From: Candidatus Latescibacterota bacterium
GTDB taxonomy: Bacteria; Latescibacterota; UBA2968; GCA-2709665
DNA length: 64,000 nucleotides
Reading direction: 5' to 3'
Assembly (NCBI GenBank): GCA_965116875.1
Contig: OZ220733.1
Span: 1,504,001 to 1,568,000 of the forward strand
Shown here: one piece after another, positions 9,348 to 19,724 of the stretch
Numbering within the stretch: the stretch's first letter is position 1
Layout: every line of letters starts with the position of its first letter
Program-made: the position numbers and the translations under genes
Notes under the pieces: model-generated
Told to the model about the DNA's origin: nothing
What the model saw: the letters and a program-made list of their open reading frames with translations, nothing else
The model's database searches: none

Positions 9348-10514
9348 GTGGCGCAGGGCAAAAACGATGACCCCCTTGCAATGACACTCGGGGTCGAAGA
9401 AGAATTCTTCCTTGTCGATCCGGGTACCCGCGATCTGCTGCCCGATCCGGACCCTCGAATTTTCGAGGATTGCGAGAACAACCGCGGACCCCACAAGATT
9501 GTAGCGGAATTCCTCCGATCCCAGATCGAAGCCACCACCCGAGTCTGCCATTCCGTGGGGGAGGTCCGCGAGGCCCTGGTGGAGACTCGACGTCTGGTTA
9601 TCGATGCGGCGGCAAATCACGGAGCCGCGGTCATGGCCGCCTCCACGCATCCCTTTGCGGCCTGGCGCAACCAGGTCGTGACCGCCGGACGGCGGTACGA
9701 ACAATTCGCCACGACCTATCAGCAGGCGGTCCGGGAATTGCTTGTCGGCGGAATGCACATTCACGCCGGATTCGGAGACTCGGACAACCGGGTGAGGGTG
9801 ATGACGGCACTGCGGCAGCACCTTCCTCTGCTCCACGCGCTTTCGGCCTCATCTCCGTTCAGCAGCGGCGGGGAAACGGGTTTCAAGTCCTACCGGATCA
9901 CGCTCTTCAGCAGTCTGCCGCGCACGGGCCTCCCCGCGCCTCTCGGGACGTGGGACGAATTCGACCGTCTCGTAACCAATTACCAGCGCATGGATTTCAT
10001 CCAGGACAGCACCGAACTGTGGTGGCACATCCGACCCTCGCGCGCCTTTCCAACGGTGGAGCTGCGCATCTGCGACGTGTGCCACACCATTGAAGAAGCG
10101 GTCTGCGTGGTTGCGTTATATGCTTCTCTTGTGCGTTACCTGCTCCGGCTGGATATGGAGGGCAGGCTTCCCGCCGAGCCGCCCACCGAGTTGATCGCCG
10201 AAAACTGCTGGCTCGCACAGCGCTACGGCGTGCTTGCCTTCCTGGGCGATACCGGTGGAAAGGGACGCATGGACATTGACGAACTCGCGCACTCACTCGT
10301 AGACGATCTTGCCGAAGACGCGCGGGCGCTGAATTGCGAGCCTGAATTGCGCTTTGCGCTGAACGTCATACGAAACGGTACCGGCGCGGACCGGCAGATC
10401 GACCATTTCCGCCTGCGGCGCCTGGAAGGCGATTCGGAACCGGAAGCGCTGCGGGAAGTGGTCGACCTCGTGGTGGAGGACACCGGGCGCGGAATTTCAG
10501 GCCTGGCGAAGTGA
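9348..10514 (+). CDS. ybdK: carboxylate-amine ligase (glutamate-cysteine ligase 2 family)
   Basis: TLGVEEEF, STHPF, GMHIH, LSASSPF, IRPS, TVELRICD. Confidence 0.9.
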   Translation: MAQGKNDDPLAMTLGVEEEFFLVDPGTRDLLPDPDPRIFEDCENNRGPHKIVAEFLRSQIEATTRVCHSVGEVREALVETRRLVIDAAANHGAAVMAASTHPFAAWRNQVVTAGRRYEQFATTYQQAVRELLVGGMHIHAGFGDSDNRVRVMTALRQHLPLLHALSASSPFSSGGETGFKSYRITLFSSLPRTGLPAPLGTWDEFDRLVTNYQRMDFIQDSTELWWHIRPSRAFPTVELRICDVCHTIEEAVCVVALYASLVRYLLRLDMEGRLPAEPPTELIAENCWLAQRYGVLAFLGDTGGKGRMDIDELAHSLVDDLAEDARALNCEPELRFALNVIRNGTGADRQIDHFRLRRLEGDSEPEALREVVDLVVEDTGRGISGLAK

Positions 10515-10579
10515 GCGGCGGAGAAAACAGCTTCTAAAACTGCTTCATCAGAATTCCCAGATAAGAAAGGTCCAGCGAA

Positions 10580-11392
10580 TTGTCTTACCAGGAAGTGATC
10601 GCTCAACTCAAGGCGCAGGTCCAGCAGATCGCCCACCAGGTGATCGATGCCGCGCCCCGGATTGCGGGGGCCCTCGCCCTGGCGTTACTTGGTCTGGCGC
10701 TGGCGTATCTGGTCCGCGCCCTGAGCCGCAGGTTGATCGCCGGTCTTGATCGGCTGGTTCCGCGCCTCAGGCTTCAGCAGGGGCGGGGAGCGGAATTCCG
10801 GACCGCCGCCGGATGGGCGGTCGGTCGTGTGCTCTTCTGGCTGGTTCTACTCTTCTTTGTCACCCTGGCTACCGAAATATTGGGGCTGCCGGTGGTGTCC
10901 GTCTGGCTCAACGGCATTGTCGTCTATCTGCCGCGGTTCCTCGCGGCCGTCCTGATCCTGTTCGCCGGACTGATCGGCGGTCAGTTTCTCCGCGACGTTA
11001 TCCTGTCCACGGGAATTGCCTACGCGCCTGCTCTGGCGCGCCTGGGCCAGATGGCTGTCGTGGTCGCGAGTGCCCTGATCGCCGTGAACCAGGCGGGGCT
11101 GAACGTCGACCTTCTGACCAGCGGACTTCTACTCGTCCTGGGTATCGCCCTGCTGGGCAGCGTACTGACCTTCGCTCTCGGCGCCCGTACGACCGTGGCA
11201 AATATACTGGCCTCGTACTATCTGCAGAAGATCTACAGGGTCGGCCATCGGGTCAGCGTTGGGGACCACCAGGGAGAGATCGTCCAGATCACCGCCACCG
11301 CGGTGGTACTGGATGCCGAGGAGGGGCGAGTCTCGGTGCCCGCGTCGGTTTTTGCAGAGCAGGCGTCGATTCTGCTCGTAGAAAGGAATTGA
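10580..11392 (+). CDS. small-conductance mechanosensitive channel family protein
   Basis: multiple TM helices, YLPRFLAA repeat, C-terminal VGHRVSVGDHQGEI beta domain. Confidence 0.8.
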   Translation: MSYQEVIAQLKAQVQQIAHQVIDAAPRIAGALALALLGLALAYLVRALSRRLIAGLDRLVPRLRLQQGRGAEFRTAAGWAVGRVLFWLVLLFFVTLATEILGLPVVSVWLNGIVVYLPRFLAAVLILFAGLIGGQFLRDVILSTGIAYAPALARLGQMAVVVASALIAVNQAGLNVDLLTSGLLLVLGIALLGSVLTFALGARTTVANILASYYLQKIYRVGHRVSVGDHQGEIVQITATAVVLDAEEGRVSVPASVFAEQASILLVERN

Positions 11393-11396
11393 AACG

Positions 11397-12245
11397 ATGC
11401 ACGGGGCATCAACTATGATCCATCACTTTATTCGCGCCCACGCCGCGGAAGCCGCGCGCGAACTGGAAAACTGTTCGCTGGACGACCTGGCGCCCTTCTT
11501 CTCCCAGGTCCCGACCGAACTGGCCACCCCCCTTCTCAACACGATGGAATCGAGTACGGCCGTGGCCTGCCTTGATCACATGCCGGCCGAGGTTGCGGCG
11601 GGCGCCCTGGAAGGGCTGGCGGCGGATCGGGCGGCGCACCTCGTTCGAGGAATGGCGCAGGAGTCAAGAGAGGAGATCCTTGAAGCGTTGCCCGACGAAT
11701 TCGCCAGGCAACTGAAACGCCTGCTGCGTTACAGGGAGGATACGGCGGGCGGCTTGATGGATTCTCTGGTATTCACCGTCCCGCCCGAAATCTCCTCCGG
11801 CGAGGCGTTATCCAGATTGCAGGCCAGCAGGGCCCGTGTGCTGGGTTACGTTTACGTTGTGGATCGCGACCAGACACTGGCGGGCGTACTGAGTCTCGGC
11901 GGGCTTGTGGTTGCCGGCGACGGGATATCCGTTGCCTCGCTGATGCGCCGGGAGGTGATGTTCCTGCGAACGGACGATTCCGTGGCTTCAGTGCTCGTCC
12001 ATCCCTCCTGGACGGATTTTCACACCCTTCCCGTTCTCGACGAACAGAGCCTGTTCGCAGGGGCGTTACGCCACAAGAACCTCTGTCATATGGCCGGGCA
12101 GACGGAGCGACTCCTGCACGCCGGCCAGGCGGGGACGGCGCTGGGGGAATTGTATCGCATCGGTCTGTCGGCCCTGGCCAGCAGCGCCCTCGGGGTTGAA
12201 AACCAGCAGCCGCCCACGCACGATCGCTCCCTACGCCGGCCGTGA
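11397..12245 (+). CDS. MgtE N-domain/CBS-pair protein without TM domain
   Basis: helical N-repeats, YREDTAGGLM, YVYVVD, LPVLD; no transmembrane region. Confidence 0.8.
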   Translation: MHGASTMIHHFIRAHAAEAARELENCSLDDLAPFFSQVPTELATPLLNTMESSTAVACLDHMPAEVAAGALEGLAADRAAHLVRGMAQESREEILEALPDEFARQLKRLLRYREDTAGGLMDSLVFTVPPEISSGEALSRLQASRARVLGYVYVVDRDQTLAGVLSLGGLVVAGDGISVASLMRREVMFLRTDDSVASVLVHPSWTDFHTLPVLDEQSLFAGALRHKNLCHMAGQTERLLHAGQAGTALGELYRIGLSALASSALGVENQQPPTHDRSLRRP

Positions 12246-12356
12246 TCATTTACGGTAAGGACCGTTTCGTCATTCAAAGGCGTCAAATCACCGGCACCGG
12301 TTCGCAAGTCATTCCGGAAGAATGCGAAGCAGTTGATCGAAGGCAAGGAGTCAGGT

Positions 12357-13676
12357 ATGACAGAAAACACGAAAGCCTCTCAGGCCCTGATCCGGGCCTT
12401 TTTTCGTCTCCATCCGGGTGAGGCCGCGCGCGCGCTGGCCTCCACGCCCGTACCCGAGGCACTCGAACTGCTCGAGACGCAGGCCGGCGACCGGGCAGCG
12501 CAGGTCCTGGAGCGCATCGATCCGGACCGGGCCGTCGTACTCGTGGAGAACATGGAGGAGGCACTGTTCCGGCGTCTGTGGACGGCGATGGACGAGGGGG
12601 TCGCCGCCTCACTCCTGGCCCGTCTGTCGCCGGAGAGCCGTACCGAGCGGCTCGCCGCCCTGCCAGTCAGACTGGCTGCCGAAATGGAGGAACTGATGCG
12701 CTATCCGGCCGGATCGGCCGGTCAGATCATGGATAGCTCGGTGACCGTATTCAGCGTCGAGGAGACGGCTGAGGATGCGCTCAGCCGGATCCGTTCATTA
12801 CCGGAGAGGCGCATTTTCGATCTGTGCGTGGTGGACGATGACGGGGCGCTGACCGCGGTGCTTACGCTTCAGGAGGTGGCGGTAGCCCAGCCTGGCGACC
12901 GGCTCGGTCAACTGGCGCAGGGTCCGCCCGTTTGCGTGCAGGCCATGTCGTCCAGAGAGGAAGTGGTAGAACTGCTCGAGGCTCACAAACTGGCGTCTCT
13001 GCCCGTTGTCGGCGGGGTTGACGGCCGGCTCTGCGGAATCATCCGCCACGATGCGCTCGTGGAGGCCGCCAGGCACGAGGCCAGCGGGAACGTACAGGCC
13101 ATGTTCGGCGCGGGAAGGGAAGAACGGGCCCTCTCAGGTCCAATGCTGGCGGTGCGCAAGCGGCTGCCCTGGCTGCAGGTCAATCTGGGCACGGCCTTTC
13201 TGGCCGCTGCTGCCGTCGCCCTGTTCGAGGATACCATCGCCAGGTTTACCGCCCTGGCGATCTTTCTGCCCGTGGTCGCCGGACAGGCGGGCAATACCGG
13301 CGCACAGGCGCTGGCGGTCGCCTCTCGAGGCCTGGCGCTGCGAGAGTTCAGGCCTCGCCGCTGGTTTCGCGTTGCCCGCAAGGAACTGTTGGCCGGGTTT
13401 GTCAACGGGGTGGCCATAGCGCTTGTCGCGGCTCTCGCGGCTTATTTGTGGTCCGGCACGACCGGCCTTCCATTGGTGCTGGGCGTGTCCATGGTGTTTT
13501 CCATGTCCATGGCCAGTCTCACGGGAGCGCTCATCCCGATTGTTCTTACTGCCCTGGGAAAGGACCCGGCGCAGTCGGCGTCAATTTTCCTGACAACCGT
13601 AACCGACGTCATCGGGTTCGTGAGCTTTCTGGGCCTGGCCACTCTGATGGCCCAATCTTTGGGTATGGCACTTTAG
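12357..13676 (+). CDS. mgtE: magnesium transporter MgtE
   Basis: YPAGSAGQIM, RLPWLQVNL, AGNTGAQ, DPAQSA, TTVTDVIG; ATG 12357 after AAGGAG. Confidence 0.85.
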   Translation: MTENTKASQALIRAFFRLHPGEAARALASTPVPEALELLETQAGDRAAQVLERIDPDRAVVLVENMEEALFRRLWTAMDEGVAASLLARLSPESRTERLAALPVRLAAEMEELMRYPAGSAGQIMDSSVTVFSVEETAEDALSRIRSLPERRIFDLCVVDDDGALTAVLTLQEVAVAQPGDRLGQLAQGPPVCVQAMSSREEVVELLEAHKLASLPVVGGVDGRLCGIIRHDALVEAARHEASGNVQAMFGAGREERALSGPMLAVRKRLPWLQVNLGTAFLAAAAVALFEDTIARFTALAIFLPVVAGQAGNTGAQALAVASRGLALREFRPRRWFRVARKELLAGFVNGVAIALVAALAAYLWSGTTGLPLVLGVSMVFSMSMASLTGALIPIVLTALGKDPAQSASIFLTTVTDVIGFVSFLGLATLMAQSLGMAL

Positions 13677-13712
13677 AAACGTATTGCGGGACTGGGTTCT
13701 CGGCGGTGGGCC

Positions 13713-14018
13713 TGACCTACCCCCTGACCCCCTTCCTGAAGGAAGGGGGAACGGTGACGGGTCGCCAAAAGGCGGTTAGACGGGAGACGGAAGACGGTAG
13801 AAGAAATCCTCGCCGATCTCTTGTTCCTCATTGCCTTCGGCATAAGAAGAAACCTTACACGGCATGCGATTTCTTCCCTCTTGCGTCTCCCCTCTACCCT
13901 GATGTTTCTTGAGTCTTCGGGCCTCCGTGTGAGGCCGGTCTTCCGGGTCTTGCTCCCTCTCTCCCGGTGGGAGAGAGGGCCGGGGAGAGAGGTCGCTGAC
14001 GGCTGATCGCTGAGAGCT
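13713..14018 (+). repeat. composite intergenic repeat mosaic
   Basis: ACCTACCCCCTGACCCCCTTCCTGAAGGAAGGGG hairpin; armed element 13771-13900; palindrome 13955-13994; CTGAYRG tail. Confidence 0.8.
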
Positions 14019-14790
14019 ATTCTTTCGGCTGCCCCGATTCCGTCGTCCTGATCAGGTCGATCATATCGTCCGTCACGTCCATCACGTGAACCCCCGCCGG
14101 CACGACGAAATCGAACCGTTCTTCGTCCACCTTCACGTTCGTTTTGAAAGTTTCAAACTGCCGTGACAGCAACTCCCCGCCCCCGGCGTTGAAGTACCGC
14201 ATCTCCCTCACCAGTCCATCCTCAGGGTGAACCGTGAAACGGACCCTGGCAGGCGGATCCGGGAGTTCGGCATTCAACAGCGTAACCTCCGGTGCGGCCT
14301 CGAACACCCGAACGATCTCACCCTTCAGCGTGTCCGTCCCGGTATACCGGATCGACTTCCACTCAAGGGCGCGGAATGGACGCATGGGATTCGGCTGGTC
14401 GGCATCCGCTTCCACCTGCGTCGCCCGGTAGACCCTTGCCATGTTGATCCGGTAGACGATCTTCTCCTCGGGGTCGTAACGCCACATCAGGCTGCCGTCA
14501 GACACAATCGTCTGACGGATCCGGCCGGCAAGCACACGGGCCACGTGCATCCTTGCCGGAGTTTGAGCGGTGACGTCATCCAGGATTTCATATTGCTCGC
14601 CTTCTACCGTCAACAGGGTCCTGACGCGGAATTCACACGTTTTGATTGACTTCAGCTTTTCCTGAATTGCGACCATCAGACCATCGGTCTTCACATCCCC
14701 GGTTGACATCTTGTCCGCGCCTGCCCGCCCCCCATCTGCCAACGTACACAGCCAGAGGCAGAACGCCAACGTCGTCCGAACACGAAACAT
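14017..14790 (-). CDS. LolA-like periplasmic lipoprotein carrier-fold protein
   Basis: IVSDGSLMWRYDP and FDFVVPAGVHVMD motifs typical of the LolA fold; signal-like N-terminus. Confidence 0.75.
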   Translation of the reverse strand: MFRVRTTLAFCLWLCTLADGGRAGADKMSTGDVKTDGLMVAIQEKLKSIKTCEFRVRTLLTVEGEQYEILDDVTAQTPARMHVARVLAGRIRQTIVSDGSLMWRYDPEEKIVYRINMARVYRATQVEADADQPNPMRPFRALEWKSIRYTGTDTLKGEIVRVFEAAPEVTLLNAELPDPPARVRFTVHPEDGLVREMRYFNAGGGELLSRQFETFKTNVKVDEERFDFVVPAGVHVMDVTDDMIDLIRTTESGQPKE

Positions 14791-14939
14791 GCCGCAACTC
14801 CTTTCGCGGGCGGCGGGCCCAGGACTCCACACGCAGACGGACAGGAGCCGTTTTCGCGCCGGACGGCCCCGCCGCGCCGTTGATCCGGTCTGAATGCACC
14901 GCGTTTGTCCCCGCCCGGATATCCATCGCGATGCACCCA

Positions 14940-15680
14940 TTACAATTTACGGAATATCATCCCAACAACCAACCCGGCGGCCAGCGCCACGAGTACCGAG
15001 ACGACGCCGTAAAGCCCCCCATGTTGGAAGGCGACGTTGGAAAGCATCCGTACAAACCCGGTTTTTTCGACAGAAATCGACTGTACGGTTTCCGAAACCA
15101 GCGTGAGTTCGTTGAAACAATACAGCGTTGCGCGATAGGTTCCGGGCCGAACAGCGGGCGGCACCCGGAATTCCGCACGGAAACCGGCGAATGCGCCGTC
15201 GCGGTCGGACAATGCCACCGAACCCGGCCGGACCGCGTAGAATCCCCGCTGAATTTTCAGGCGCAGAAATTCGTCGAACACGAACCCGTCATCGCCCGGA
15301 GGCGACTGCTCGATGGCAGCGCTTCGTCGGAGCGCGTCGAACCCCTCCCCGGCGGCTTCCAGCTGCCGAACGAGGTCCGCGGAATCGCTTGAAGCGGCGA
15401 CCATATAGAGCCCCGGCAGCGCGTTGAACACGACGCTGCCCGTACTCACCCACAGGGGGCCGCGCTTGTCCTTTCTGCGATACGCGGAGGCACGCCGTTC
15501 CCCTTCCAGCTTCAGGACGATCCGGCAGTCCCTCTGAACCGTCCCGGTCGCAACCAGTCCCGCGCCCCTGAAAAAGAGGTCGACCTCAACGCGCGAGGGA
15601 GACAGCTGGAGCGTCGGCTCCGCCGCGCAGGGCACGGCAAAAAGCATTGTCAACACACCGGCGCAGGCCCGGAAGATCAT
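14940..15680 (-). CDS. TIGR02186-like membrane-anchored partner of TauE
   Basis: RKDKRGPLWV, PGLY, C-terminal LYGVVSV TM helix; ATGA-type overlap with TauE stop. Confidence 0.7.
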   Translation of the reverse strand: MIFRACAGVLTMLFAVPCAAEPTLQLSPSRVEVDLFFRGAGLVATGTVQRDCRIVLKLEGERRASAYRRKDKRGPLWVSTGSVVFNALPGLYMVAASSDSADLVRQLEAAGEGFDALRRSAAIEQSPPGDDGFVFDEFLRLKIQRGFYAVRPGSVALSDRDGAFAGFRAEFRVPPAVRPGTYRATLYCFNELTLVSETVQSISVEKTGFVRMLSNVAFQHGGLYGVVSVLVALAAGLVVGMIFRKL

Positions 15681-16669
15681 CCGTGCGCTCCCCAGTCTGC
15701 GAGCAGTATCGCCGGCGCCGACAAGAGATCCGACAGCATCTTTCCCATCACCAGGAGTACAATCGCAGCGAGAAGTATCTTGAACTGCTCCGCCCCCAGG
15801 CGCCTGCCGATCCGGACGCCCGCCTGGGTGCCCAGCGTGGACCCTGCAAGCAGCGTCAATGCCAGCACGAAATCCACCGTATGATTGGTATAGGCGTGCA
15901 TCAGGGTGACGTTGATACACGTAAACATCACCTGCAACAGGCTGGTTCCTACCACCACGGCCATGGGCATCTTCAGCAGGTACAACATGGTCGGCACCAT
16001 GATGAAGCCGCCGCCCACGCCCATAATCGCGGCGAGCATGCCCACCAGGATTCCCAGCCCCAACGGAACCAGCAGGGACATCGTGGTTCCGGCCGTCTCG
16101 AACCGGATTTTCCACGGCAGCGCACGGTTGAGCCGGACGAACCAGGACACCACACCGCCAATTTTGTTCACCCAGGCCAGCGGGCGCTCCGCCCAGGTGA
16201 TCCGCAATTCCCGCCTCGCCCGGTCCCCCGCCTTGACGACTGTTTCCGCGCGCAGCCCCAGGAGCCCGTCCACGAACATGATGCCGCCCACGGTCGCCAG
16301 CATGAAGACGTAGCAGATATGTATGGCGAGGTCCGCATTGCCGAGCGCGCGCAACACCTTGATGAGCTGCACGCCGGCAGTGCCGCCAGCAAACCCCCCG
16401 ACGATCAACAAAGAGGCCATCCGAAGATCGACGTTTTTCAACCTCCAGTGGGCATAGACCCCGGATGCCGAAGCCGCCACGATCTGATTGGCATCGGATG
16501 CCGCTGCAATCGTGGGAGGTATCCCGATCATGATCAACAGAGGCGTCAGCAGAAACCCGCCGCCCACGCCGAACAGACCCGAAAGCAGCCCGACGCCGGC
16601 GCCCAGCGTGAGCAGCAACCACAGGTTGACGCTCGTGCCCGCTATGGGCAGATACAGAGAAAAATCCAA
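15677..16669 (-). CDS. sulfite exporter TauE/SafE family protein
   Basis: LYLPIA, GLFGVGGGFLLTP, MGVGGGFIMVP, VGTSL; TTG start after AGGAGG. Confidence 0.9.
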   Translation of the reverse strand: MDFSLYLPIAGTSVNLWLLLTLGAGVGLLSGLFGVGGGFLLTPLLIMIGIPPTIAAASDANQIVAASASGVYAHWRLKNVDLRMASLLIVGGFAGGTAGVQLIKVLRALGNADLAIHICYVFMLATVGGIMFVDGLLGLRAETVVKAGDRARRELRITWAERPLAWVNKIGGVVSWFVRLNRALPWKIRFETAGTTMSLLVPLGLGILVGMLAAIMGVGGGFIMVPTMLYLLKMPMAVVVGTSLLQVMFTCINVTLMHAYTNHTVDFVLALTLLAGSTLGTQAGVRIGRRLGAEQFKILLAAIVLLVMGKMLSDLLSAPAILLADWGAHG

Positions 16670-16985
16670 ACCGGCCTCCTGTAAGTTGCACCGCACACAC
16701 CAGCCCTCATAATCTCCCTCACACGGTGAAAAGTCAAGCGGAAACGCCCGCTTCAGCGCCCGGTCAAGAGGCGGGAAACCCGGGGGAACGGGAAAAAGCC
16801 GGCGCAGGGGAGAAGCAATCGCCCGACCCAATGTGCCCTGCCCGTGCCGTTTTCACTTTCAAATTCAATCGGTACGGTTTAGATTTCCACTCGGGAACCC
16901 ATCGGCTGGCTCGGGGAGCGGCTCACGGATGACGAGCCGGGTCCCGAACCTGTCGAAGCACGTTTACCAGCAGAGGAGAGTATAT

Positions 16986-18662
16986 ATGCCCCGCCTGACC
17001 GGCGGCCGGTTCATCGCCGAGACGGTCCACGGATACGGGATCACCCACGTGTTTTTCATGCCCGTGATCGCGCCCCGTGCCCTGATGGAAATGGAACGGC
17101 TGGGAATCCGGCGCATCATGACCCATGGCGAGAAGAGCGCGGCCTATATGGCCGATGCCTATGCGCGGGTCCGCCGGAGCGCCGGCATCTGCATGGCGCA
17201 ATCCGTGGGGGCCGCAAACCTCGCCGCCGGGCTTCAGGACGCGTATCTCGCGTGTTCCCCCGTGATTGCCATCACCGGCCGGCAAACCCAGATCAACCGT
17301 CACCGCCACGCCTATCAGGAAGTGGACCACGTGGCGCCGTTCGACGCGGTTACCAAGTACAACGTTCTGGTGGACCGGCCCGAGCAACTCCCCTACTTCC
17401 TGAGGCAGGCCTTCCGTGAAGCCACCACGGCAACGCCCGGGCCCGTTCATCTCGACGTGGCGGGATTCATTGGAGACGTGGTGGCGAACGCCGAAGCCGA
17501 TCTGGACGTGGTGACCGAAGAACCCTTCGCCCAACTGCCTCCCTTCCGGCCCGAGCCCGACCCGGAGGCCGTCCGCAGGGCGATCGATCTGCTGACCGCC
17601 GCGGAACGCCCGATTGTCGTCGCCGGCGGTGGGATCGTCTCTTCCGGCGCCGGCGCAGCGCTACGGGTATTCGCGGAAAAGCTCTCCATTCCAGTGGCCA
17701 CGTCGCTGAACGCCAAGGAGGCCTTCCCTTACGACCATCCCCTCGCCGTGGGTGTCTGCGGATTGTATTCCCGCGAATGCGCAAACCGCGCCGTCTGCGA
17801 GGCGGATCTGGTCTTCTTTGTCGGAAGCCATACCGGCGGTCAGGTCACGAACGACTGGACCGTTCCTCCGGCCGGCACCCATGTCATTCAACTCGACATC
17901 AACCCGTCCGAGATCGGACGCTCCTATCCGATCCGGCTCGGTATTCAGGCCGACGCGAATGCCGGACTTTCCAGGCTGATCGATGCCGCGCCGGCTTCCG
18001 TCACGCGCGACGCCTGGACGTCGCGCGTCCGGAAACTCGCCTCCCGGTGGCGCGAGAGCGTGGCCCCGTTCGTCAATTCGGACGAGGTCCCCATTCGACC
18101 CGAGCGCCTGTGCAGGGAACTGACCCGGCATCTGCCCTCCGACGCCATCCTCGTTTCCGATACCGGCCACTCCGGAATCTGGACCGGAACCCTGATCGAT
18201 CTCATCCATCCGGGTCAGTCCTATATCAGATGTTCCGGATCCCTCGGCTGGGGCATTCCCGCGGCCGTCGGCGCACGGTGCGCCGCTCCGGACCGGCCGG
18301 TCGTGTGCTTCACCGGCGACGGCGGCATCTGGTATCACGTCACGGAACTGGACACCGCCGTTCGAAACGACATACCCGTTGTCGTGGTGGTCAACAACAA
18401 CCACTCCCTCAACCAGGAGAAGGAACTCAACGAAGATATCTACGGAGGCCCGGAACCGGGGTCCGACGAACTCTGGCACATGACGGACGGCGATTTTGCG
18501 AAAATGGCGGAATCGATGGACTGCATGGGCATCACGGTACGAAGGGCGGAGGCGTTTGGAAGCGCCCTCGACGAGGCGATCACATCCGGGAAACCGGCTG
18601 TGATCGACGTCAAGACCCACATCGACGGGATCGCGCCGCCGGCGTGGTCTCCGCCGGTATGA
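16986..18662 (+). CDS. thiamine pyrophosphate-dependent enzyme (acetolactate synthase large-subunit-like)
   Basis: HGEKSAAYMADAYAR, PGPVHLD, TPP motif GDGG...NN; ATG 16986 after GAGGAG. Confidence 0.9.
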   Translation: MPRLTGGRFIAETVHGYGITHVFFMPVIAPRALMEMERLGIRRIMTHGEKSAAYMADAYARVRRSAGICMAQSVGAANLAAGLQDAYLACSPVIAITGRQTQINRHRHAYQEVDHVAPFDAVTKYNVLVDRPEQLPYFLRQAFREATTATPGPVHLDVAGFIGDVVANAEADLDVVTEEPFAQLPPFRPEPDPEAVRRAIDLLTAAERPIVVAGGGIVSSGAGAALRVFAEKLSIPVATSLNAKEAFPYDHPLAVGVCGLYSRECANRAVCEADLVFFVGSHTGGQVTNDWTVPPAGTHVIQLDINPSEIGRSYPIRLGIQADANAGLSRLIDAAPASVTRDAWTSRVRKLASRWRESVAPFVNSDEVPIRPERLCRELTRHLPSDAILVSDTGHSGIWTGTLIDLIHPGQSYIRCSGSLGWGIPAAVGARCAAPDRPVVCFTGDGGIWYHVTELDTAVRNDIPVVVVVNNNHSLNQEKELNEDIYGGPEPGSDELWHMTDGDFAKMAESMDCMGITVRRAEAFGSALDEAITSGKPAVIDVKTHIDGIAPPAWSPPV

Positions 18663-19576
18663 ATCCGGAAGGGAACAAACCCATCATGCTGCCTCCTGGA
18701 GATGAGAACCTCAAGATCCTCGTCGTGGTGGCCCATCCGCACGATGTGTGCCACATGGGGGGCACGTGCGCCCACCACGTCGATCGTGGCGACAGCGTCT
18801 CCGTGGTGGCCATAACCGGAGGACAGCGTACCCATAACGAAGAACTGGCGGACGAACTCCGCAAGCCGTCCGAACGGCAGGACATGGACGTCATTCACGG
18901 TTCGCAGGAAGACTACGCGAAACGCAAAACGGAGGAATTCGCGAGAGCGTGCGCAGTATTCGGCATCACCGACGTAACCGTGCTGCCGTTCTCCGATCAT
19001 CCCCTCGAAGTCACTGAAGACGTGGTGTCGGCGCTGGCCGATATTCTGTACGTCGTCCGCCCTCAAATGATCCTGACCCATGCGCCGTACACCCTTCCCG
19101 ACCGCCGCTTTCACTACGCGTGGGTGAACGACCATACCGCAGCCGGCATCGCGGTTCAAAAGGCGCTCAACCACGTTTCCATCCCGGACACGAAACTGGG
19201 CCGCGCGCCTCACAGAGCGGCCGCCATTTATTATACGGGCATTGATTACGGGTTCCACGAGGTCGACGTCTGTATCGATATCTCCGATCAGGTTGAGAAC
19301 CGGATCAGGGCAGAGGAATTATTCGAATCCCAGGGGCACACGTCCGAGTTCGCAATAAAGCGGATCGAGTCCAGCGCGGGATTTCAGGGGTGGAAGGCCG
19401 GCACCGGTTACGCCGAGACCTTCATCCGCGGGTACCGGGAGATCTCGCGGTGTCTGTCCGTCACGAAGGAAAATCTCCTGCTTGCCGGGAGTTCGCATGA
19501 GGATCGGCTGCGCTGGATCACCGGCGAGAGCCCGCACGGCGGCGAGCAGGACGTGCGTCAACGGCGGCGCGAATAA
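18659..19576 (+). CDS. PIG-L/LmbE family deacetylase-like protein
   Basis: VVVAHPHD, ILTHAP, NDH, YAETF; ATGA overlap with upstream stop. Confidence 0.8.
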   Translation: MNPEGNKPIMLPPGDENLKILVVVAHPHDVCHMGGTCAHHVDRGDSVSVVAITGGQRTHNEELADELRKPSERQDMDVIHGSQEDYAKRKTEEFARACAVFGITDVTVLPFSDHPLEVTEDVVSALADILYVVRPQMILTHAPYTLPDRRFHYAWVNDHTAAGIAVQKALNHVSIPDTKLGRAPHRAAAIYYTGIDYGFHEVDVCIDISDQVENRIRAEELFESQGHTSEFAIKRIESSAGFQGWKAGTGYAETFIRGYREISRCLSVTKENLLLAGSSHEDRLRWITGESPHGGEQDVRQRRRE

Positions 19577-19724
19577 GCCGAACGGCCTGAAGAGCGCGTA
19601 TCGTTCGAACGGTCCGGGCGCACGGGATTGCTGTTGCCTGTACTCACGGGATTCCGCATATTCACGCACGTAATCTGCGTTCGTGACCGGCGCATCCCAC
19701 AACCCGATGGCAAGGAAGGTCTCT

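Noticed and set aside
16700-16985. TPP riboswitch upstream of the TPP enzyme
   Set aside because: No CTGAGA or ACCTGAT core; the hairpin at ~16890-16960 resembles the degenerate REP family at 41139-41198.
19577-19724. Glycine riboswitch upstream of the AGCS symporter
   Set aside because: The GGAGA..CCGAAG..CTCAGG aptamer motifs were not found.
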